This document shows, one piece after another, positions 6,978 through 16,992 of a DNA stretch of 32,000 nt; the first letter of the stretch is position 1, and each line of letters starts with the position of its first letter. This DNA comes from Candidatus Saccharimonadota bacterium (GTDB lineage Bacteria; Patescibacteriota; Saccharimonadia; Saccharimonadales; Saccharimonadaceae), in the NCBI GenBank assembly GCA_020160975.1, contig JAIUPJ010000001.1, positions 1-32,000 of the forward strand, written 5' to 3'. A program made the translations under genes and the position numbers. The notes beneath the pieces are model-generated. The model was not told the DNA's origin. It was given only the letters and a program-made list of their open reading frames with translations, and made no database searches.

Positions 6978-9900
6978 ATGCAGCACAACTATCAACCAAT
7001 TAGAGAGGGGAATATCGTGGCCACACCCAAGCCAGCAGTTTCAACTCCAGTAAAGCGTGTCTTCTTCACGAGCGACGACACTGCGCTGGAAATCCCGAAT
7101 CTCATTGCTCACCAGAAAGAGTCTTGGAAAGACTTTGTCGAGACTGGTTTGAGCGAGATTTTCGCGGAACTTAATCCTATAAAGGATTACTCAGAACAAA
7201 AACTCGAACTCAGCTTCAAGGAATATGCATTTCAAGAGCCAAAAAACAGTGAGCAATTTGCCAAAGAGAATAACCTGACCTTTGACGCACCACTGCATGT
7301 CAATGTGGAATTGGTCAACAAAGTTACCGGTGAAGTCAAAGAGCAAGAGATTTATCTTGGCGACTACCCATGGATGACCGATCGCGGTACGTTCGTGATC
7401 AACGGCACCGAGCGTGTTGTTGTCAGCCAGCTGATTCGTAGTGCTGGTGTGTTCTTCACGGCAGAGCGTGGTGTTGGCAGAAGCCTCTATAGCGCCAAAC
7501 TAATTCCTGGTCGCGGTGCATGGCTCGAGTTTGAGACCAGTGCCAGCGGTGCGATGTATGTCAAGATCGACCGTCGCCGTAAAATTCCGGTCACGACTCT
7601 GTTGCGTGCCCTCGGTTACAGCAAAGTTGGTGAGATTAAAGAGCTATTCAAAGACATTGATACCGGCGAAACGAAGTATATCGACGCCACTCTCGAAAAA
7701 GATCCAACTCACGGTGTGAATGAAGCCTTGATTGAGGTGTATCGACGCCTCCGACCAGGCGACCTGGCGACCGTCGACAACGCCCGCCAGATGATCGAGC
7801 GCATGTTCTACGACTTCAAGAGATTTGACTATAGTCGCGTGGGCCGCTACAAGCTCAATCAGCGCCTCGGACTTGAGGTTGCAAACACGACTGAGAATCG
7901 CGTCTTTCAATTGAGCGATCTGGTGGCGATTATTCGCGAATTGATCCGTCTCAACAACACGCAAGAGGCCGGCGACGACATCGACGCCTTGTCTAACCGC
8001 CGCATAAAGCTAGTCGGCGAGCTCGTAGCCCGACAGTTCCGTGTCGGTATGCTTCGTATGCAACGCAACGCCATGGATCGCATGAGCATGAGCGACATCA
8101 CGACAGTCACGCCATCTCAGCTCATTAATGCCCGTCCTGTCGTTGCTGCAGTGCGCGAATTTTTTGCGAGCTCACAGCTGAGCCAGCTGCTCGACGAAGT
8201 CAATCCGCTTTCAGAACTGTCACACAAGCGTCGACTCAGCTCGATGGGCCCTGGTGGTTTGAGTCGTGAGCGCGCTGGATTTGATGTTCGTGACGCCCAT
8301 CCAACTCACTACGGACGTATCTGTAGCGTGGAAACACCAGAAGGCGCCAACATTGGTCTGGTGTTGAACCTCGCGACCTATGCGCGGGTCAATGAATACG
8401 GCTTTATCGAAACGCCATATCTCAAGGTCAAAAACGGCAAGGTGACCGATGAAGTGGTCTACCTCGACGCCAGCCAAGAAATTACCGAAGTTATTGCTGA
8501 TGCTGGTGCTGAGCTCGACAAGGATGGCAAGTTTATCGACGAGCGTGTCTCGGCGCGCAAATTCTTGAAGCCAGGCCAGGTCGACACAGACGAAGTCACC
8601 TACATGGATGCGGCACACAAGCAAATCCTGGGAAGTACCGCTGGACTCGTGCCATTTATCGAAAAGAACCGTATCGACCGAAGCTTGACTGGTTCAAATA
8701 TGCAACGCCAGGCAGTGCCGCTACTGACCCCAGAGGCCCCAACTGTAGGAACCGGTATTGAGGCAAATGTTGCTCGTGATTCGAGCCAGCTTATCGTTGC
8801 CGAGGGTGCGGGTGAAGTAGTACGTGCCGATGGCGACGTTGTCGAAGTCAAGTACAAAGATGGCGTCAAAACGTACGAGCTCGTGCACTTTGCTAAGAGC
8901 AACGACGACCGCTCAATCAACCAGAAAACTCGTGTAAAGCGAGGCGACAAAGTAAAAGCTGGTGACACATTGATCGAGGGCGCCTCTATCGCCCGCGGTG
9001 AATTGGCACTTGGCAAAGACCTCTTGGTAGCCTTTATGCCATGGGCGGGTTACAACATGGACGACGCAGTGGTGATTTCACGTCGCTTGGTTGAGGATGA
9101 TACCCTCACCAGCATCAACATCAAGGACTACAATGTTGAAGTTCGTGAGACCAAGCTGGGTCCAGAAATTGTCACCCGAGATATTCCAAACGTTTCTGAG
9201 GACAGCCTGCGCCACCTCGACGAGGACGGTATTGTCCAGGTTGGGTCAGAAGTGCGAGCCGACGATGTATTGGTCGGCAAGATTACGCCAAAGGGTGAGC
9301 AGGAGCTGAGCTCGGAAGAGCGACTGCTGCGCGCAATCTTTGGTGAAAAGGCCAAAGATGTTCGCGATACTTCACAGCGCATGAACAACGCAGGCGGCGG
9401 CAAAGTTGTCGGTGTAAAGATCTTTTCACGCGAGAATGGTCATGAACTCAAAGCTGGTGTGCTGATGCAGATTCAGATCTTTGTGGCACAACTTCGTAAG
9501 ATTAGCGTTGGAGACAAACTGGCTGGTCGTCACGGAAATAAGGGCGTTGTGGCTCGTGTCCTCCCTGCCGAAGATATGCCGTATATGGCAGATGGTACCC
9601 CTGTTGATATCGTCTTGAATCCGCTCGGTGTCCCAAGCCGTATGAACCTTGGTCAGCTGTTTGAGACGCACCTCGGTATGGCTGCCCGCGCTCTCGGTTA
9701 TCATGTCGCAACGCCACCATTCAACGGTGTGCCAAACACAGTGATTGAGGACGAGCTGGAAAAAGCTGGCTTCGCTCGCGACGGCAAGAGTCAATTGTTT
9801 GATGGCCGCTCTGGAGAAGCCTTTGAAGAACGCACTACCGTCGGTGTTATGCACATGATCAAGCTCCACCACATGGTGAGCGACAAGATCCACGCTCGCT

Positions 9901-10385
9901 CGACCGGGCCATACACCATGGTGACGCAGCAGCCACTGGGTGGTAAGGCGCAAAATGGTGGTCAGCGCTTTGGTGAAATGGAGGTGTGGGCACTGGAAGC
10001 ATACGGTGCCGCCAGCACGCTCCAGGAAATGTTGACCATCAAGTCTGACGATGTGTACGGACGCGCCAAGGCATACGAGTCGATCATCAAGAACGAGATC
10101 ATCACTGGTCCAAAGCTCCCAGAGAGCTTCAACGTCTTGGTGAAGGAGCTCCAGGGGCTCGGACTTCGTGTTGACCTGGTTGACGAAAGTGAAGATGCAA
10201 CAGTTGACGCTGAGTCAGTAATTGCCGAACACGGCCCTGAAGACAAAACCGTGCCTGTCATCGACGACGGTGAGACGCACGAAGCAGTCCTCGATGAAGC
10301 CGATGATATCGGTGATATCAATGACGAAGGTGGCATGAGTATTCAAGATATAGATGAAGTAGAAGAGATTAAGGAGGAGGCGTAA
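6978..10385 (+). CDS. rpoB: DNA-directed RNA polymerase subunit beta
   Basis: 1135 aa with hallmark segments, e.g. GDKLAGRHGNKGVV and PLGGKAQNGGQRFGEMEVWALEAYGA. ATG 6978 is preceded by GAGGA; GTG 7017 with GAGAGGGG upstream is an alternative start. There is an acidic C-terminal extension of about 68 aa. Confidence 0.97.
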   Translation: MQHNYQPIREGNIVATPKPAVSTPVKRVFFTSDDTALEIPNLIAHQKESWKDFVETGLSEIFAELNPIKDYSEQKLELSFKEYAFQEPKNSEQFAKENNLTFDAPLHVNVELVNKVTGEVKEQEIYLGDYPWMTDRGTFVINGTERVVVSQLIRSAGVFFTAERGVGRSLYSAKLIPGRGAWLEFETSASGAMYVKIDRRRKIPVTTLLRALGYSKVGEIKELFKDIDTGETKYIDATLEKDPTHGVNEALIEVYRRLRPGDLATVDNARQMIERMFYDFKRFDYSRVGRYKLNQRLGLEVANTTENRVFQLSDLVAIIRELIRLNNTQEAGDDIDALSNRRIKLVGELVARQFRVGMLRMQRNAMDRMSMSDITTVTPSQLINARPVVAAVREFFASSQLSQLLDEVNPLSELSHKRRLSSMGPGGLSRERAGFDVRDAHPTHYGRICSVETPEGANIGLVLNLATYARVNEYGFIETPYLKVKNGKVTDEVVYLDASQEITEVIADAGAELDKDGKFIDERVSARKFLKPGQVDTDEVTYMDAAHKQILGSTAGLVPFIEKNRIDRSLTGSNMQRQAVPLLTPEAPTVGTGIEANVARDSSQLIVAEGAGEVVRADGDVVEVKYKDGVKTYELVHFAKSNDDRSINQKTRVKRGDKVKAGDTLIEGASIARGELALGKDLLVAFMPWAGYNMDDAVVISRRLVEDDTLTSINIKDYNVEVRETKLGPEIVTRDIPNVSEDSLRHLDEDGIVQVGSEVRADDVLVGKITPKGEQELSSEERLLRAIFGEKAKDVRDTSQRMNNAGGGKVVGVKIFSRENGHELKAGVLMQIQIFVAQLRKISVGDKLAGRHGNKGVVARVLPAEDMPYMADGTPVDIVLNPLGVPSRMNLGQLFETHLGMAARALGYHVATPPFNGVPNTVIEDELEKAGFARDGKSQLFDGRSGEAFEERTTVGVMHMIKLHHMVSDKIHARSTGPYTMVTQQPLGGKAQNGGQRFGEMEVWALEAYGAASTLQEMLTIKSDDVYGRAKAYESIIKNEIITGPKLPESFNVLVKELQGLGLRVDLVDESEDATVDAESVIAEHGPEDKTVPVIDDGETHEAVLDEADDIGDINDEGGMSIQDIDEVEEIKEEA

Positions 10386-10386
10386 T

Positions 10387-13300
10387 ATGGCGCGTATAGC
10401 CCCAAGCACTGGGATTGCCGATTTTGACGCAGTCCGCCTCGCTGTCGCGAGTCCAGAAGATATGCTGAAGTGGAGTCACGGTGAAGTGACGAAGCCAGAG
10501 ACGATCAATTACCGTACGCAAAAGCCTGAGCGCGACGGATTGTTTTGTGAGCGAATTTTCGGACCAGTCAAAGACATCAATCCGCATGACAACAAACTAA
10601 AAGGTGTACGCTCACGCGAAGCGGCTATCGACAAAAATGGCGAGCTTGTCACGAAGTCGATTGTACGACGTGAACGCATGGGCCATATCACGCTAGCAGC
10701 TCCTGTCGCGCATATTTGGTTCATGCGCGGCACGCCAAGCGCCATGAGTTTGTTGCTCGGTATCACGGTGCGCAACCTTGAGCGTATTGCATACTTTGCA
10801 ACCTATGTGATTCTTGACGTACAAGCCGAGAAGCGTGACCAAATGCTGGCTGATCTAGAAGCCGAAACCGAAGCGGGTCGTATCGCTATTAAAATGCGCT
10901 ACGAGCGCGAAGCCGAGGCTGATGGCGCTGATGTGAAGAAGCTCGCTGAAGAGCAATCACGCGAAGTTGAAGAGCTTGACAGCAGTCATCTCGTGAAGAA
11001 GAATCAGCTCGAAAGTCTCGTTAAAGGTGCGTTACTCAATGAGACTGATTACCGCAACCTACCAGAAGAATACGAAGAGCTTGTTACAGTTGGCATGGGT
11101 GGTACAGCACTTAAAGCATTGCTGGATGAGATCGACTTGCCAGTTCTGATTGCCGAGCTCTCAGCTGAAGTTGCTGAGGCCAAGGGCCAACGTGAGAAGA
11201 AACTTCTGAAACGACTCAAGGTACTTGAAGGTATGCAGGCCGCAGGTATCAAGCCAAGCAGCCTTACGCTGACAGTGCTGCCAGTGATCCCTCCAGATCT
11301 CCGCCCTATGGTGCAGCTGACCGGCGGTCGTTTCGCAACCAGCGACCTCAACGACCTCTACCGACGTGTTATCAACCGTAACAATCGTCTCAAGAAGCTG
11401 ATTGACCTTAATGCACCTGAAGTGATTCGCCGCAACGAAATGCGCATGCTCCAGGAAGCAGTCGACTCGCTCGTCGATAACTCTGCAGCTCGTGGTGGCC
11501 GCGCGGTCAATGCGACCGGTGGACGCCGCCGTCTGAAATCAATCTCAGACATGCTCAAGGGCAAGCAGGGGCGTTTCCGCCAGAACCTGCTTGGTAAGCG
11601 TGTTGACTACTCTGGCCGTTCGGTAATTGTGGTCGGGCCAAAGTTGAAAATTAATCAATGTGGTCTGCCAAAGCAAATGGCGCTGGAACTATTCAAGCCA
11701 TTTGTCATCAGCTGGTTGATCCGCGGTGAGTATGCCCACAACATTCGTAGCGCCACTCGTTTGATCGAGGCAGGTGATGCGATTGTCTGGGACGCGCTCG
11801 ATGCGGTGATCGAAGGTAAATATGTACTCCTTAACCGCGCCCCGTCACTTCACCGACTTAGTATCCAGGCCTTCATGCCAGTGCTCGTTGAAGGCAAGGC
11901 GATCCAACTGCATCCACTCGTTGCCAGTGGCTTCAATGCCGACTACGATGGTGACCAGATGGCTGTTCACTTGCCGCTGAGTGACGATGCGCAGGCCGAA
12001 GCTCGTGAACTGATGAGCGCGGTCAACAACCTGTTGAAACCTGCAGACGGTAGTCCGGTTCTCAACATCAATCAGGACATCGTGCTCGGTAACTACTACT
12101 TGACTTATAACAAGCCAAGCGCGCAGACAGACACGCGACAAGTATTCGCCAATAGTCGTGATGCAGAGCTAGCCTACGATATGGGCAAACTGCAGTTACA
12201 GAGCCCGATCCGCGTTCGTGCCAAGGGCGAAATCCGTAATACAACGCTCGGTCGCGTCTTCTTCAACGAGATTCTACCCGAGGACTTCCCGTATAATGAC
12301 AATGTCCAAAATAAGAAAGAACTAAAGAAGGTTCTGGCGCAGATTTTTGACAAATATGGCGCCGAAGAAACTGCCAAGACCGCCGACCGCATGAAGGGCT
12401 TGGCCTTCCGGTTTGCCACGACTTCTGCCGTCTCGACTGGTATGCAGGACTACCTCAACTTTGATGAGATCGGAACATTTGTGAGCGAAGGCGATGACCG
12501 TGCTGCCCAGATCTCCGACCAGTACGATTCTGGGTTAATCACCGAGGACGAGCGCTATAGCCTGACCGTTGCCACCTGGCGTACAGTTGACCGTAAGGTC
12601 GAAGACTTCCTGCGTGGTGAGCTGGCCGAGATGGACACGAGTATCTCAACCATGGTTAACTCTGGTGCGCGTGGTAATATCACCAACGTCAAGCTGGCAA
12701 GCGCCATGATCGGTATCCAGGTGGACGCCACTAACCGTGAAATTGAACTGCCAGTGCGATCAAACTTTAAAAAGGGACTCTCCTCACTGGAGGCCTTTGT
12801 GGCAACCCGTGGTGCCCGTAAGGGTCTGATTGACACCGCGCTCAAGACAGCTGACTCTGGCTATCTGACGCGACGTTTGGTTGACGTTAGCCAAGATGTC
12901 TTCACCGTAGCCGACGAAGAGGGCGACGACAAGGGCTTTGCGGTCTACCGTAGCGAGTCAGAACTAACGATGATCGACTTTGGTAACCGTCTGTATGGAC
13001 GATTCACGGCCGAAGAAGTCCCTGGGCATATCGCAGCCAACGAGCTGATTACGCACGAAATTGCAGACGGTATTCAGGCTGACAGCAAGATCACTGAAGT
13101 CAAGATTCAGTCGGTGCTGTCGACCAATAATCTCCGCGGCATACCGCAGCGCAGCTACGGTATCGATATGGCAACGGGTAATCTCGTCGACACGGCTCAG
13201 CCGGTCGGTGTGATCGCCGCGCAGTCGGTTGGTGAGCCGGGTACTCAGTTGACACTGGACACCTTCCACAGTTCTGGTGTTGGTGGTTCCGACATTACTC

Positions 13301-14250
13301 AAGGTCTGCCACGTGTTGAAGAGCTATTTGAAGCTCGCAACCCGAAGGGTCAGGCTTACATGAGTGAAGTCACCGGTACGGTTGATACCTGGGAAGATGG
13401 CAAGAAGTATATTGTCCAGGTCACACCAGAAGCTGGCCATGTCGAACGCATGCCTCTTGAAGGCCGAACAGTTACTGTCAAATCTGGCAGCAATGTCAAG
13501 GTGGGCGATGTATTAGCAACTACCGACGGCGAAGCACACCCACTGGTCGCACCGTTTGATGGTGTGGTAGAAGTTGCCGAAGATACGATTGTAATCGCGG
13601 CTAACGCATCCGCGCCGGTTCGCTACGAAATTCCTGGCAACTCACAGCTTGTAGTCAAGAAGAATGACCGCGTAGAAGCGGGCGATCGCTTGACAATCGG
13701 CTCACTCAACCTGCATGACCTGATGCGGCTCAAGGGTACCGAAGCCACGCAGCGCTATATCATTAACGAAGTGTTGCGCATCTATGCCGCGCAGGGTCAA
13801 GATGTTGCCGACAAGCACCTCGAGATCATCGTGCGCCAGATGTTTAGCCGCGTGCAGATCGAAGACCCAGGCGATAGCGCCTTCGTGATGGGCGATATCG
13901 TATCAAAGGCAAGTATCGTTGACGCCAACACCATATTAGCCGCAGAGGGCAAAGAGCCTGCCCAGTATACGCAGCTGCTGCTTGGTATCACCAAGGTCAG
14001 TATCTGGAGTGACTCGTGGCTATCTGCCGCATCGTTCCAAGACACCACTCGTGTACTGATCAACGCTGCGACAAGTGGACGGGCCGATCGCCTAAACGGG
14101 CTTAAGGAGAACGTGATCATCGGACGCAAGATTCCTGTCGGAACTGGCGCACGTGTGCTGTCGGACGAGTTGACTCCTGAGGACGAGTATGTCGCTGATG
14201 TCGAGCTTGGCGACGAGGAGATAGGGGCAGACGTCGACCTCGAGTCGTAG
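10387..14250 (+). CDS. rpoC: DNA-directed RNA polymerase subunit beta'
   Basis: 1287 aa with catalytic [12 protein letters not shown] and [13 protein letters not shown]. The start lies 1 nt after the rpoB stop and is preceded by AAGGAGGAGG. Confidence 0.97.
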   Translation: MARIAPSTGIADFDAVRLAVASPEDMLKWSHGEVTKPETINYRTQKPERDGLFCERIFGPVKDINPHDNKLKGVRSREAAIDKNGELVTKSIVRRERMGHITLAAPVAHIWFMRGTPSAMSLLLGITVRNLERIAYFATYVILDVQAEKRDQMLADLEAETEAGRIAIKMRYEREAEADGADVKKLAEEQSREVEELDSSHLVKKNQLESLVKGALLNETDYRNLPEEYEELVTVGMGGTALKALLDEIDLPVLIAELSAEVAEAKGQREKKLLKRLKVLEGMQAAGIKPSSLTLTVLPVIPPDLRPMVQLTGGRFATSDLNDLYRRVINRNNRLKKLIDLNAPEVIRRNEMRMLQEAVDSLVDNSAARGGRAVNATGGRRRLKSISDMLKGKQGRFRQNLLGKRVDYSGRSVIVVGPKLKINQCGLPKQMALELFKPFVISWLIRGEYAHNIRSATRLIEAGDAIVWDALDAVIEGKYVLLNRAPSLHRLSIQAFMPVLVEGKAIQLHPLVASGFNADYDGDQMAVHLPLSDDAQAEARELMSAVNNLLKPADGSPVLNINQDIVLGNYYLTYNKPSAQTDTRQVFANSRDAELAYDMGKLQLQSPIRVRAKGEIRNTTLGRVFFNEILPEDFPYNDNVQNKKELKKVLAQIFDKYGAEETAKTADRMKGLAFRFATTSAVSTGMQDYLNFDEIGTFVSEGDDRAAQISDQYDSGLITEDERYSLTVATWRTVDRKVEDFLRGELAEMDTSISTMVNSGARGNITNVKLASAMIGIQVDATNREIELPVRSNFKKGLSSLEAFVATRGARKGLIDTALKTADSGYLTRRLVDVSQDVFTVADEEGDDKGFAVYRSESELTMIDFGNRLYGRFTAEEVPGHIAANELITHEIADGIQADSKITEVKIQSVLSTNNLRGIPQRSYGIDMATGNLVDTAQPVGVIAAQSVGEPGTQLTLDTFHSSGVGGSDITQGLPRVEELFEARNPKGQAYMSEVTGTVDTWEDGKKYIVQVTPEAGHVERMPLEGRTVTVKSGSNVKVGDVLATTDGEAHPLVAPFDGVVEVAEDTIVIAANASAPVRYEIPGNSQLVVKKNDRVEAGDRLTIGSLNLHDLMRLKGTEATQRYIINEVLRIYAAQGQDVADKHLEIIVRQMFSRVQIEDPGDSAFVMGDIVSKASIVDANTILAAEGKEPAQYTQLLLGITKVSIWSDSWLSAASFQDTTRVLINAATSGRADRLNGLKENVIIGRKIPVGTGARVLSDELTPEDEYVADVELGDEEIGADVDLES

Positions 14251-14270
14251 TCCCAAGATAAAACTCTCAC

Positions 14271-14304
14271 AAAATACCGCTCGCATGAGCGGTATTTTGT
14301 TTGG
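14271..14304. terminator. Bidirectional Rho-independent terminator between rpoC (+) and the 14317-15360 gene (-)
   Basis: AAAATACCGCTC (14271-14282) and GAGCGGTATTTT (14287-14298) form a 12-bp stem with a 4-nt loop. An A-run precedes it and a T-run follows. Confidence 0.85.
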
Positions 14305-14316
14305 AGGACTGGATAT

Positions 14317-15360
14317 CTAGATGGCGACAGTAGATTCTATGCCGTTGTTGTCGCATTTTTCACCGAGATAGGCTTTTTTCAGATCGAGAGTATTGTAGCT
14401 GTTGCAAGGGAGTACTTGTTGTGTACCAGTGAAGTAGTGCCATGTTTTGTCAGGAGTTTGATAAAACAGCTGTGCCGCACCGCCCGCACCCGCTTCGCCA
14501 TGCTCGTCAACACCGCCTGAACCGAGCTGGAGGGTTGTATAACCTGTTGACTTGCTAGGTTTCGCTTGCGATGGCGTACCAATCAAGGCTAATTGTACTA
14601 CCTTGAACGAAGCTGGAAATAGTTCGTAAAATGGCTGCAAGCTCTTGGCATTTGCTGTATAGACAGTCATATCTTGGCAGCCAGCCTCTACAAGGTGCTT
14701 ACCAGCAGGATTGTTGTAGGTTTTTATGGTGGCCACCCGGCAGACAACGTCTTTTTCGGCGTAATGGGCGACGTACATACTGTCAGCGTCGGTGCCTGGC
14801 TGGACGATTGTTTCAGCAAATCCCATTTCTTTGAGCGATTTGGCGATAGTTGCAGTCTCGACGCTTGATTGGTTGTAGGCGACTTCCTTTTGTGCGGCGG
14901 CTGCGGGCATTACGGTAGTAAAGAAATCATAGCCGGCCACCTTGATCGCTTGCATCATTGCATCGTTTTTCACGGTGTAGCCGGGAGTGATTTTGCTTAG
15001 TACGCTTGTTGCCGTAAGTTTCGGTGCTGTCTTCGACTGAGTAGTCTGCGTTGTGGTGCTAGCTGGCACTGGCGCGGGTTTCTCAATATATGCTTTGTAC
15101 ACGGTGAGTGCTGCTACGCCGCCGAGGGCTGCCATCAGGAGCGCGAGGAGCAGTACAAGTAGCGGTTTGCTGCGGCGTTTGGTCTTTTCTTTGGCGAGTT
15201 CATGACTGGTGGCGGCAAAGTCGTTGTCTCGCTTTACGTCGTCAAGCGAGTGATCGTTAGTAACCGACACGGTACCCTCTCTCTGTCCCATCGTTGCTCC
15301 TGTATGTTCACTATTGTCAGGAAGATTTTCGATTGCGTCTAATTTTTCTTCATCACTCAT
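14317..15360 (-). CDS. Membrane-anchored extracytoplasmic protein, unknown function
   Basis: Start placed at ATG 15360 (MSDEEKLD), with AAGGA 7 nt upstream and TATAAT further upstream; the track start at 15462 is unlikely. It has an acidic cytoplasmic N-terminus, one TM helix (KPLLVLLLALLMAALGGVAALTVY), a Thr/Ser/Pro linker and a Cys-containing outer domain. Confidence 0.7.
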   Translation of the reverse strand: MSDEEKLDAIENLPDNSEHTGATMGQREGTVSVTNDHSLDDVKRDNDFAATSHELAKEKTKRRSKPLLVLLLALLMAALGGVAALTVYKAYIEKPAPVPASTTTQTTQSKTAPKLTATSVLSKITPGYTVKNDAMMQAIKVAGYDFFTTVMPAAAAQKEVAYNQSSVETATIAKSLKEMGFAETIVQPGTDADSMYVAHYAEKDVVCRVATIKTYNNPAGKHLVEAGCQDMTVYTANAKSLQPFYELFPASFKVVQLALIGTPSQAKPSKSTGYTTLQLGSGGVDEHGEAGAGGAAQLFYQTPDKTWHYFTGTQQVLPCNSYNTLDLKKAYLGEKCDNNGIESTVAI

Positions 15361-15567
15361 ATCAATGTCCTTGATTATAATTATGGTTGTATTGTACGCC
15401 ACGGGGTGGACAAATGATAGATTTGTTGCTACACTGACAAATGAGTTTCTTTCTTGTGGCAATAGAGGCGAGTGTGAAGCAACTGTCGCCGCAGGAGACG
15501 TGAGTATGTGCTTGCTGCACGGTGCTCACAAAATAGCGAAGGCCTTTAGCAAGCCGAGTATGCGAAA

Positions 15568-15595
15568 GAATATAGAATATAGAATATAGAATAAT
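15568..15595. repeat. 7-bp tandem repeat (GAATATA x3 plus one imperfect copy GAATAAT)
   Basis: Read directly: GAATATA GAATATA GAATATA GAATAAT, in the divergent intergenic region about 20 nt upstream of the candidate rpsL -10 element. Confidence 0.9.
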
Positions 15596-15612
15596 GGTAA
15601 GAATGTAGCAAC

Positions 15613-15621
15613 TGCTATATT
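15613..15621 (+). promoter_or_regulatory. Extended -10 element TGcTATATT, candidate rpsL-rpsG promoter
   Basis: It has the same TGCTATA(A/T)T form as the elements upstream of fusA (20307-20315) and rpsJ (30482-30490). It lies 44 nt upstream of the rpsL ATG. SD GGAG is at 15654-15657. Confidence 0.4.
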
Positions 15622-15664
15622 CGATATACCGCATTCATATACTATTAATTTTCGGAGAAAATTA

Positions 15665-16078
15665 ATGCCTACAATTAATCAATTAGTGCGTAAGCCGCGC
15701 CAGTCTGCTGCGAAGAAGTCAAAGTCTCCTGCGCTTGGTCGCATTCATAACGCGCTCAAAGTCCGTTACTATGACCAGGATGCACCGCTCAAGCGCGGTG
15801 TGTGTGTCAAGGTAACCACCAAAACACCAAAGAAGCCTAACTCAGCCCTCCGTAAAGTAGCTCGTGTTCGCTTGACCAATGGTCACGAAGTCTGGGCATA
15901 CATCGGTGGCGAAGGCCACAACCTCCAGGAGCATGCCGTCGTGCTTGTTCGTGGTGGCCGTGTGCCAGACCTTCCAGGTGTACGTTACCATATCGTCCGT
16001 GGTGCACTCGACCTTCAGGGTGTTGCAAAACGTCAACAAGGCCGTTCAAAGTACGGTGCTAAGAAGGCGGAGAAATAA
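15665..16078 (+). CDS. rpsL: 30S ribosomal protein S12
   Basis: [12 protein letters not shown]...[19 protein letters not shown]...[10 protein letters not shown]...[21 protein letters not shown]. It is the Gram-positive-type long form. Confidence 0.97.
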   Translation: MPTINQLVRKPRQSAAKKSKSPALGRIHNALKVRYYDQDAPLKRGVCVKVTTKTPKKPNSALRKVARVRLTNGHEVWAYIGGEGHNLQEHAVVLVRGGRVPDLPGVRYHIVRGALDLQGVAKRQQGRSKYGAKKAEK

Positions 16079-16188
16079 GATGAGCGAATTCCCCAAAGCA
16101 CCAATTCCGCAAGAAGTACCTACACCTCAGTTGCCTGAACAGCAAGTCAATGACCCCACTTGTGAAGGTCTAGAATCGGAGAACGGCA

Positions 16189-16668
16189 ATGCCTAGAAAA
16201 GTTACCAAGAAACTACAGCGAACTATCAAGCCTGACCGCAAGTACCAGAGTGTACTCGTGCAGCGTTTGATCAACAAGAGTATGCTCGACGGCAAAAAAC
16301 TTGCCAGTGAGCGCATGGTCTACGCCGCGCTTGAGCAGGCAGCCAAGACCCTGAAGAGCGAAGAGCCACTTGAAGTGTTTGAGAAAGCCCTCAAGAACGT
16401 TTCGCCAAACTTCGAGGTCAAAAGTCGCCGTGTTGGCGGTGCGAACTACCAGATTCCGTTCCCTGTTCAGGGTCACCGTCAGCTGCACTACGCATTTAGC
16501 TGGCTCGTGCAATCAGCCCGTAGTCGTAGTGGTATCCCGTACGAAAAGCGCCTGGCGCTTGAAATCGTCGATGCCTACAACGAAACCGGTGCTGCCTTCA
16601 AGAAAAAGGAAGATACGCACAAGATGGCCGAAGCGAACCGCGCATTTGCGCACTTTGCTCGCGGATAA
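16189..16668 (+). CDS. rpsG: 30S ribosomal protein S7
   Basis: 159 aa with DRKYQSVLVQRLINKSMLDGKK...VKSRRVGGANYQIP...AFKKKEDTHKMAEANRAFAHF. SD GGAG lies 7 nt upstream. Confidence 0.97.
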   Translation: MPRKVTKKLQRTIKPDRKYQSVLVQRLINKSMLDGKKLASERMVYAALEQAAKTLKSEEPLEVFEKALKNVSPNFEVKSRRVGGANYQIPFPVQGHRQLHYAFSWLVQSARSRSGIPYEKRLALEIVDAYNETGAAFKKKEDTHKMAEANRAFAHFARG

Positions 16669-16672
16669 AATC

Positions 16673-16981
16673 ATGTCTGTTGAGCGACAACAGGGCCGAC
16701 CAACCGCAGAATACTTTACGGAGTCGGCCCTTCGCTTTTTAAGGGATGAATACTACTGGGTTAATCCTTTTAAAGGTGTGTATGAATACGATCACTCAAA
16801 ACGTGCTCTTGATATTGGCGTGATATGGCGTGAGTACCAGGCTGATGGACGAGTGCCAAGCGATAGCTTCGACCTCGAGTTTTTTTGCTCTTCGTCAACT
16901 AGCGCTCTATCATCCAAGCGCAAAGCCTGCGATATCAATGTGTCAGTAGAGCATTGCAATCCTTTGCCCTCTGCCTTATAA
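16673..16981 (+). CDS. Hypothetical 102-aa protein, first gene of the rpsG-fusA insert
   Basis: The ATG is 4 nt after the rpsG stop. It is the in-frame tail of track ORF 16370-16981; the upstream part of that ORF is an out-of-frame overlap with rpsG. The sequence is aromatic-rich and looks globular (FLRDEYYWVNPFKGVYEYDH...). No recognisable family. Confidence 0.5.
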   Translation: MSVERQQGRPTAEYFTESALRFLRDEYYWVNPFKGVYEYDHSKRALDIGVIWREYQADGRVPSDSFDLEFFCSSSTSALSSKRKACDINVSVEHCNPLPSAL

Positions 16982-16992
16982 CTATAAGCAGG

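Noticed and set aside
15568-15595. Tandem repeat considered as a CRISPR or minisatellite
   Set aside because: The units are 7 bp with no spacers and the total length is 28 bp, so it is a simple sequence repeat and not a CRISPR array.
15314-15634. Track ORFs 15314-15589 (+) and 15362-15634 (-) in the divergent intergenic region
   Set aside because: They overlap the real N-terminus and promoter region of the 14317-15360 gene and the AT-rich repeat. They have no SD and their sequences are low-complexity.
16370-16672. Upstream half of track ORF 16370-16981 (203 aa)
   Set aside because: It is an out-of-frame overlap with the well-supported rpsG coding sequence. Only the part after the rpsG stop (ATG 16673 onward) is plausible.
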